In this document: positions 54,767 to 64,000 of the stretch, piece by piece
How the letters are laid out: each line of letters begins with the position of its first letter
How positions within the stretch are numbered: the first letter of the stretch is position 1
NCBI GenBank assembly: GCA_964057225.1
Contig: OZ059899.1
Span: 4,588,001-4,652,000 of the forward strand
Length of the DNA stretch: 64,000 bases
Source of the DNA: Auanema rhodensis
Taxonomy: Eukaryota; Animalia; Nematoda
Direction of reading: 5' to 3'
Translations under genes and position numbers: made by a program
Notes under the pieces: generated by a model
The model's database searches: none
What the model saw: only the letters and a program-made list of their open reading frames with translations
Told to the model about the DNA's origin: nothing

Positions 54767-57700
54767 TTCGAAAAAATTTTTGTCAAAATGTTTTTGGAAG
54801 CAATGTTGAGTGTACATGGAAACTCAACATACACTAATGCATCATTTTTCAAACGATCATAACTGATTTTTGTATTAAGCGTTTCTCAATGTAGTATAGT
54901 GCATTCGATGCGGATTTTTAAGCTGCGTCGATCTGCGTTATCAGATTTGCGCTAGCTTAAAAATGCACCGAGATATCAACTGATATAAGTTCACACATAT
55001 ATCCTCGATTTTCACCCTGAAGAATTAATTTTTTCGTTGAATAACATTGTCCATCGTCTTCGCCTTGAAAAAAGGAATCTAGAAGCATCTACTTTTTGCT
55101 AAATTATTTTGAAATTTTTCGAAAAAATTTTTGTCAAAATGTTTTTGGAAGCAATGTTGAGTGTACATGGAAACTCAACATACACTAATGCATCATTTTT
55201 CAAACGATCATAACTGATTTTTGTATTAAGCGTTTCTCAATGTAGTATAGTGCATTCGATGCGGATTTTTAAGCTGCGTCGATCTGTGTTATCAGATTTG
55301 CGCTAGCTTAAAAATGCACCGAGATATCAACTGATATAAGTTCACACATATATCCTCGATTTTCACCCTGAAGAATCAATTTTTTCGTTGAATAACATTG
55401 TCCATCGTCTTTGCCTTGAAAAAAGAAATCTAAAAACATCTACTTTTTGCTAAATTATTTTGAAATTTTTCGAAAAAATTTTTGTCAAAATGTTTTTGGA
55501 AGCAATGTTGAGTGTACATGGAAACTCAACATACACTAATGCATCATTTTTCAAACGATCATAACTGATTTTTGTATTAAGCGTTTCTCAATGTAGTATA
55601 GTGCATTCGATGCGGATTTTTAAGCTGCGTCGATCTGTGTTATCAGATTTGCGCTAGCTTAAAAATGCACCGAGATATCAACTGATATAAGTTCACACTT
55701 ATATCCTCGATTTTCACCCTGAAGAATCAATTTTTTCATTGAATAACATTGTCCATCGTCTTTGCCTTGAAAAAAGAAATCTAAAAACATCTACTTTTTG
55801 CTAAATTATTTTGAAATTTTTCGAAAACATTTTTGTCAAAATGTTTTTGGAAGCAATGTTGAGTGTACATGGAAACTCAACATACACTAATGCATCATTT
55901 TTCAAACGATCATAACTGATTTTTGTATTAAGCGTTTCTCAATGTAGTATAGTGCATTCGATGCGGATTTTTAAGCTGCGTCGATCTGTGTTATCAGATT
56001 TGCGCTAGCTTAAAAATGCACCGAGATATCAACTGATATAAGTTCACACTTATATCCTCGATTTTCACCCTGAAGAATCAATTTTTTCGTTGAATAACAT
56101 TGTCCATCGTCTTTGCCTTGAAAAAAGGAATCTAGAAGCGTCTACTTTTTGCTAAATTATTTTGAAATTTTTCGAAAAAATTTTTGTCAAAATGTTTTTG
56201 GAAGCAATGTTGAGTGTACATGGAAACTCAACATACACTAATGCATCATTTTTCAAACGATCATAACTGATTTTTGTATTAAGCGTTTCTCAATGTAGTA
56301 TAGTGCATTCGATGCGGATTTTTAAGCTGCGTCGATCTGCGTTATCAGATTTGCGCTAGCTTAAAAATGCACCGAGATATCAACTGATATAAGTTCACAC
56401 ATATATCCTCGATTTTCACCCTGAAGAATCAATTTTTTCGTTGAATAACATTGTCCATCGTCTTTGCCTTGAAAAAAGAAATCTAAAAACATCTACTTTT
56501 TGCTAAATTAGTTTGAAATTTTTCGAAAAAATTTTTGTCAAAATGTTTTTGGAAGCAATGTTGAGTGTACATGGAAACTCAACATACACTAATGCATCAT
56601 TTTTCAAACGATCATAACTAATTTTTGTATTAAGCGTTTCTCAATGTAGTATAGTGCATTCGATGCGGATTTTTAAGCTGCGTCGATCTGTGTTATCAGA
56701 TTTGCGCTAGCTTAAAAATGCACCGAGATATCAACTGATATAAGTTCACACTTATATCCTCGATTTTCACCCTGAAGAATCAATTTTTTCGTTGAATAAC
56801 ATTGTCCATCGTCTTTGCCTTGAAAAAAGAAATCTAAAAACATCTACTTTTCGCTAAATTATTTTGAAATTTTTCGAAAAAATTTTTGTCAAAATGTTTT
56901 TGGAAGCAATGTTGAGTGTACATGGAAACTCAACATACACTAATGCATCATTTTTCAAACGATCATAACTGATTTTTGTATCAAGCGTTTCTCAATGTAG
57001 TATAGTGCATTCGATGCGGATTTTTAAGCTGCGTCGATCTGTGTTATCAGATTTGCGCTAGCTTAAAATTGCACCGAGATATCAACTGATATATGTTCAC
57101 ACTTATATCCTCGATTTTCACCCTGAAGAATCAATTTTTTCATTGAATAACATTGTCCATCGTCTTTGCCTTGAAAAAAGAAATCTAAAAACATCTACTT
57201 TTTGCTAAATTATTTTGAAATTTTTCGAAAAAATTTTTGTCAAAATGTTTTTGGAAGCAATGTTGAGTGTACATGGAAACTCAACATACACTAATGCATC
57301 ATTTTTCAAACGATCATAACTGATTTTTGTATTAAGCGTTTCTCAATGTAGTATAGTGCATTCGATGCGGATTTTTAAGCTGCGTCGATCTGTGTTATCA
57401 GATTTGCGCTAGCTTAAAAATGCACCGAGATATCAACTGATATAAGTTCACACTTATATCCTCGATTTTCACCCTGAAGAATCAATTTTTTCGTTGAATA
57501 ACATTGTCCATCGTCTTTGCCTTGAAAAAAGGAATCTAGAAGCATCTACTTTTTGCTAAATTATTTTGAAATTTTTCGAAAAAATTTTTGTCAAAATGTT
57601 TTTGGAAGCAATGTTGAGTGTACATGGAAACTCAACATACACTAATGCATCATTTTTCAAACGATCATAACTGATTTTTGTATTAAGCGTTTCTCAATGT

Positions 57701-60700
57701 AGTATAGTGCATTCGATGCGGATTTTTAAGCTGCGTTGATCTGTGTTATCAGATTTGCGCTAGCTTAAAAATGCACCGAGATATCAACTGATATAAGTTC
57801 ACACATATATCCTCGATTTTCACCCTGAAGAATCAATTTTCTCGTTGAATAACATTGTCCATCGTCTTTGCCTTGAAAAAAGAAATCTAAAAACATCTAC
57901 TTTTTGCTAAATTAGTTTGAAATTTTTCGAAAAAATTTTTGTCAAAATGTTTTTGGAAGCAATGTTGAGTGTACATGGAAACTCAACATACACTAATGCA
58001 TCATTTTTCAAACGATCATAACTAATTTTTGTATTAAGCGTTTCTCAATGTAGTATAGTGCATTCGATGCGGATTTTTAAGCTGCGTCGATCTGTGTTAT
58101 CAGATTTGCGCTAGCTTAAAAATGCACCGAGATATCAACTGATATAAGTTCACACTTATATCCTCGATTTTCACCCTGAAGAATCAATTTTTTCGTTGAA
58201 TAACATTGTCCATCGTCTTTGCCTTGAAAAAAGAAATATAAAAACATCTACTTTTTGCTAAATTATTTTGAAATTTTTCGAAAAAATTTTTGTCAAAATG
58301 TTTTTGGAAGCAATGTTGAGTGTACATGGAAACTCAACATACACTAATGCATCATTTTTCAAACGATCATAACTGATTTTTGTATCAAGCGTTTCTCAAT
58401 GTAGTATAGTGCATTCGATGCGGATTTTTAAGCTGCGTCGATCTGTGTTATCAGATTTGCGCTAGCTTAAAAATGCACCGAGATATCAACTGATATATGT
58501 TCACACTTATATCCTCGATTTTCACCCTGAAGAATTAATTTTTTCGTTGAATAACATTGTCCATCGTCTTTGCCTTGAAAAAAGGAATCTAGAAGCATCT
58601 ACTTTTTGCTAAATTATTTTGAAATTTTTCGAAAAAATTTTTGTCAAAATGTTTTTGGAAGCAATGTTGAGTGTACATGGAAACTCAACATACACTAATG
58701 CATCATTTTTCAAACGATCATAACTGATTTTTGTATTAAGCGTTTCTCAATGTAGTATAGTGCATTCGATGCGGATTTTTAAGCTGCGTCGATCTGTGTT
58801 ATCAGATTTGCGCTAGCTTAAAAATGCACCGAGATATCAACTGATATAAGTTCACACTTATATCCTCGATTTTCACCCTGAAGAATCAATTTTTTCGTTG
58901 AATAACATTGTCCATCGTCTTTGCCTTGAAAAAAGAAATCTAAAAACATCTACTTTTTGCTAAATTATTTTGAAATTTTTCGAAAAAAATTTTGTCAAAA
59001 TGTTTTTGGAAGCAATGTTGAGTGTACATGGAAACTCAACATACACTAATGCATCATTTTTCAAACGATCATAACTGATTTTTGTATTAAGCGTTTCTCA
59101 ATGTAGTATAGTGCATTCGATGCGGATTTTTAAGCTGCGTCGATCTGTGTTATCAGATTTGCGCTAGCTTAAAAATGCACCGAGATATCAACTGATATAA
59201 GTTCACACTTATATCCTCGATTTTCACCCTGAAGAATCAATTTTTTCGTTGAATAACATTGTCCATCGTCTTTGCCTTGAAAAAAGAAATCTAAAAACAT
59301 CTACTTTTTGCTAAATTATTTTGAAATTTTTCGAAAAAAATTTTGTCAAAATGTTTTTGGAAGCAATGTTGAGTGTACATGGAAACTCAACATACACTAA
59401 TGCATCATTTTTCAAACGATCATAACTGATTTTTGTATTAAGCGTTTCTCAATGTAGTATAGTGCATTCGATGCGGATTTTTAAGCTGCGTCGATCTGTG
59501 TTATCAGATTTGCGCTAGCTTAAAAATGCACCGAGATATCAACTGATATATGTTCACACTTATATCCTCGATTTTCACCCTGAAGAATCAATTTTTTCAT
59601 TGAATAACATTGTCCATCGTCTTTGCCTTGAAAAAAGAAATCTAAAAACATCTACTTTTTGCTAAATTATTTTGAAATTTTTCGAAAAAATTTTTGTCAA
59701 AATGTTTTTGGAAGCAATGTTGAGTGTACATGGAAACTCAACATACACTAATGCATCATTTTTCAAACGATCATAACTGATTTTTGTATTGAGCGTTTCT
59801 CAATGTAGTATAGTGCATTCGATGCGGATTTTTAAGCTGCGTCGATCTGTGTTATCAGATTTGCGCTAGCTTAAAAATGCACCGAGATATCAACTGATAT
59901 AAGTTCACACTTATATCCTCGATTTTCACCCTGAAGAATTAATTTTTTCGTTGAATAACATTGTTCATCGTCTTTGCCTTGAAAAAAGGAATCTAAAAAC
60001 ATCTACTTTTTGCTAAATTATTTTGAAATTTTTCGAAAAAATTTTTGTCAAAATGTTTTTGGAAGCAATGTTGAGTGTACATGGAAACTCAACATACACT
60101 AATGCATCATTTTTCAAACGATCATAACTGATTTTTGTATTAAGCGTTTCTCAATGTAGTATAGTGCATTCGATGCGGATTTTTAAGCTGCGTCGATCTG
60201 TGTTATCAGATTTGCGCTAGCTTAAAAATGCACCGAGATATCAACTGATATAAGTTCACACTTATATCCTCGATTTTCACCCTGAAGAATCAATTTTTTC
60301 GTTGAATAACATTGTCCATCGTCTTTGCCTTGAAAAAAGAAATCTAAAAACATCTACTTTTTGCTAAATTATTTTGAAATTTTTCGAAAAAAATTTTGTC
60401 AAAATGTTTTTGGAAGCAATGTTGAGTGTACATGGAAACTCAACATACACTAATGCATCATTTTTCAAACGATCATAACTGATTTTTGTATTAAGCGTTT
60501 CTCAATGTAGTATAGTGCATTCGATGCGGATTTTTAAGCTGCGTCGATCTGTGTTATCAGATTTGCGCTAGCTTAAAAATGCACCGAGATATCAACTGAT
60601 ATATGTTCACACTTATATCCTCGATTTTCACCCTGAAGAATCAATTTTTTCATTGAATAACATTGTCCATCGTCTTTGCCTTGAAAAAAGAAATCTAAAA

Positions 60701-60733
60701 ACATCTACTTTTTGCTAAATTATTCTGAAATTT

Positions 60734-63700
60734 TTCGAAAAAATTTTTGTCAAAATGTTTTTGGAAGCAATGTTGAGTGTACATGGAAACTCAACATACA
60801 CTAATGCATCATTTTTCAAACGATCATAACTGATTTTTGTATTGAGCGTTTCTCAATGTAGTATAGTGCATTCGATGCGGATTTTTAAGCTGCGTCGATC
60901 TGTGTTATCAGATTTGCGCTAGCTTAAAAATGCACCGAGATATCAACTGATATAAGTTCACACTTATATCCTCGATTTTCACCCTGAAGAATCAATTTTT
61001 TCGTTGAATAACATTGTCCATCGTCTTTGCCTTGAAAAAAGGAATCTAGAAGCATCTACTTTTTGCTAAATTATTTTGAAATTTTTCGAAAAAATTTTTG
61101 TCAAAATGTTTTTGGAAGCAATGTTGAGTGTACATGGAAACTCAACATACACTAATGCATCATTTTTCAAACGATCATAACTGATTTTTGTATTAAGCGT
61201 TTCTCAATGTAGTATAGTGCATTCGATGCGGATTTTTAAGCTGCGTCGATCCGTGTTATCAGATTTCCGCTAGCTTAAAAATGCACCGAGATATCAACTG
61301 ATATAAGTTCACACTTATATCCTCGATTTTCACCCTGAAGAATTAATTTTTTCGTTGAATAACATTGTTCATCGTCTTTGCCTTGAAAAAAGGAATCTAA
61401 AAACATCTACTTTTTGCTAAATTATTTTGAAATTTTTCGAAAAAATTTTTGTCAAAATGTTTTTGGAAGCAATGTTGAGTGTACATGGAAACTCAACATA
61501 CACTAATGCATCATTTTTCAAACGATCATAACTGATTTTTGTATCAAGCGTTTCTCAATGTAGTATAGTGCATTCGATGCGGATTTTTAAGCTGCGTCGA
61601 TCTGTGTTATCAGATTTGCGCTAGCTTAAAAATGCACCGAGATATCAACTGATATATGTTCACACTTATATCCTCGATTTTCACCCTGAAGAATTAATTT
61701 TTTCGTTGAATAACATTGTCCATCGTCTTTGCCTTGAAAAAAGGAATCTAAAAACATCTACTTTTTCCTAATTATTTTGAAATTTTTCGAAAAAATTTTT
61801 GTCAAAATGTTTTTGGAAGCAATGTTGAGTGTACATGGAAACTCAACATACACTAATGCATCATTTTTCAAACGATCATAACTGATTTTTGTATTGAGCG
61901 TTTCTCAATGTAGTATAGTGCATTCGATGCGGATTTTTAAGCTGCGTCGATCTGTGTTATCAGATTTGCGCTAGCTTAAAAATGCACCGAGATATCAACT
62001 GATATAAGTTCACACTTATATCCTCGATTTTCACCCTGAAGAATCAATTTTTTCGTTGAATAACATTGTCCATCGTCTTTGCCTTGAAAAAAGGAATCTA
62101 GAAGCATCTACTTTTTGCTAAATTATTTTGAAATTTTTCGAAAAAATTTTTGTCAAAATGTTTTTGGAAGCAATGTTGAGTGTACATGGAAACTCAACAT
62201 ACACTAATGCATCATTTTTCAAACGATCATAACTGATTTTTGTATTAAGCGTTTCTCAATGTAGTATAGTGCATTCGATGCGGATTTTTAAGCTGCGTCG
62301 ATCCGTGTTATCAGATTTCCGCTAGCTTAAAAATGCACCGAGATATCAACTGATATAAGTTCACACTTATATCCTCGATTTTCACCCTGAAGAATTAATT
62401 TTTTCGTTGAATAACATTGTTCATCGTCTTTGCCTTGAAAAAAGGAATCTAAAAACATCTACTTTTTGCTAAATTATTTTGAAATTTTTCGAAAAAATTT
62501 TTGTCAAAATGTTTTTGGAAGCAATGTTGAGTGTACATGGAAACTCAACATACACTAATGCATCATTTTTCAAACGATCATAACTGATTTTTGTATCAAG
62601 CGTTTCTCAATGTAGTATAGTGCATTCGATGCGGATTTTTAAGCTGCGTCGATCTGTGTTATCAGATTTGCGCTAGCTTAAAAATGCACCGAGATATCAA
62701 CTGATATATGTTCACACTTATATCCTCGATTTTCACCCTGAAGAATTAATTTTTTCGTTGAATAACATTGTCCATCGTCTTTGCCTTGAAAAAAGGAATC
62801 TAAAAACATCTACTTTTTCCTAATTATTTTGAAATTTTTCGAAAAAATTTTTGTCAAAATGTTTTTGGAAGCAATGTTGAGTGTACATGGAAACTCAACA
62901 TACACTAATGCATCATTTTTCAAACGATCATAACTGATTTTTGTATTAAGCGTTTCTCAATGTAGTATAGTGCATTCGATGCGGATTTTTAAGCTGCGTC
63001 GATCTGTGTTATCAGATTTGCGCTAGCTTAAAAATGCACCGAGATATCAACTGATATATGTTCACACTTATATCCTCGATTTTCACCCTGAAGAATCAAT
63101 TTTTTCATTGAATAACATTGTCCATCGTCTTTGCCTTGAAAAAAGAAATCTAAAAACATCTACTTTTTGCTAAATTATTCTGAAATTTTTCGAAAAAATT
63201 TTTGTCAAAATGTTTTTGGAAGCAATGTTGAGTGTACATGGAAACTCAACATACACTAATGCATCATTTTTCAAACGATCATAACTGATTTTTGTATTGA
63301 GCGTTTCTCAATGTAGTATAGTGCATTCGATGCGGATTTTTAAGCTGCGTCGATCTGTGTTATCAGATTTGCGCTAGCTTAAAAATGCACCGAGATATCA
63401 ACTGATATAAGTTCACACTTATATCCTCGATTTTCACCCTGAAGAATCAATTTTTTCGTTGAATAACATTGTCCATCGTCTTTGCCTTGAAAAAAGGAAT
63501 CTAGAAGCATCTACTTTTTGCTAAATTATTTTGAAATTTTTCGAAAAAATTTTTGTCAAAATGTTTTTGGAAGCAATGTTGAGTGTACATGGAAACTCAA
63601 CATACACTAATGCATCATTTTTCAAACGATCATAACTGATTTTTGTATTAAGCGTTTCTCAATGTAGTATAGTGCATTCGATGCGGATTTTTAAGCTGCG

Positions 63701-64000
63701 TCGATCCGTGTTATCAGATTTCCGCTAGCTTAAAAATGCACCGAGATATCAACTGATATAAGTTCACACTTATATCCTCGATTTTCACCCTGAAGAATTA
63801 ATTTTTTCGTTGAATAACATTGTTCATCGTCTTTGCCTTGAAAAAAGGAATCTAAAAACATCTACTTTTTGCTAAATTATTTTGAAATTTTTCGAAAAAA
63901 TTTTTGTCAAAATGTTTTTGGAAGCAATGTTGAGTGTACATGGAAACTCAACATACACTAATGCATCATTTTTCAAACGATCATAACTGATTTTTGTATC
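60734..64000. repeat. Higher-order repeat domain 5: 3-/4-monomer unit including a 350-bp monomer
   Basis: Linked T168C+G183C is at 61252, 62304 and 63707 (intervals 1052 and 1403 bp). G332C plus a 1-bp deletion occurs near 61767 and 62819. A111G and C285T are found only beyond about 59.7 kb. Confidence 0.82.

Larger units (their letters stand above)
1..64000. repeat. Tandem satellite DNA array, 351-bp monomer, about 182.3 head-to-tail copies
   Basis: The monomer start recurs at 1, 352, 704, 1055, 1406 ... 63891. 63890 = 182x351 + 8, matching 10 one-base insertions and 2 one-base deletions seen in individual copies. Copies differ at only a few to about a dozen sites. No unique sequence is interposed anywhere. 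Confidence 0.99.

Noticed and set aside
61252-61267. T168C plus G183C as a compensatory pair in hairpin 2
   Set aside because: Site 168 pairs with 177, not 183. The two changes are linked by descent only.
1-64000. CRISPR array or cassette array (palindromic repeats at regular spacing)
   Set aside because: Sequence between the palindromes is the same in every unit. There are no unique spacers or cassettes and no cas or integrase genes.
1-64000. Embedded transposon, inversion or array boundary
   Set aside because: Monomer phase is accounted for from start to end by 351-bp steps plus twelve 1-bp indels, leaving no room for an insertion. No reverse-oriented monomer was seen.
1-64000. Sequencing concatemer or rolling-circle artefact
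   Set aside because: Variants recur in ordered, position-restricted haplotypes and higher-order units instead of as random errors on one template. Local copy-number mis-assembly is still possible.

Overview
The whole 64 kb window is one uninterrupted head-to-tail tandem array (satellite DNA) of a 351-bp, AT-rich monomer (about 32.5% GC by hand count of monomer 1). Taking TTCGAAAAAA as the arbitrary monomer start, there are 182 complete monomers (1-63890) plus a 110-bp partial copy, and both ends of the array run out of the window. All copies have the same orientation and differ only by a small set of recurrent SNPs and twelve 1-bp indels (10 insertions, 2 deletions, which gives the observed net +8 offset). 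I found no gene, RNA gene, CRISPR array, inserted element or inversion, and all six frames carry stop codons in every monomer under the standard code. The variants are arranged in local higher-order repeats (8-, 11-, 5-, 12- and 3-mers) that replace each other along the array. The monomer is rich in inverted repeats, with three stem-loops and a junction quasi-palindrome. This looks like eukaryotic centromeric or heterochromatic satellite DNA, probably from a lineage without strong CpG depletion; I cannot name the organism or satellite family. I did not find convincing evidence of a new biological system. The most notable points are the layered higher-order structure, the hairpin architecture, and two common SNPs that hit the two partners of a single hairpin base pair. 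'Site N' below means position N in the monomer, which equals the window coordinate in monomer 1. All variant tallies were read by eye.
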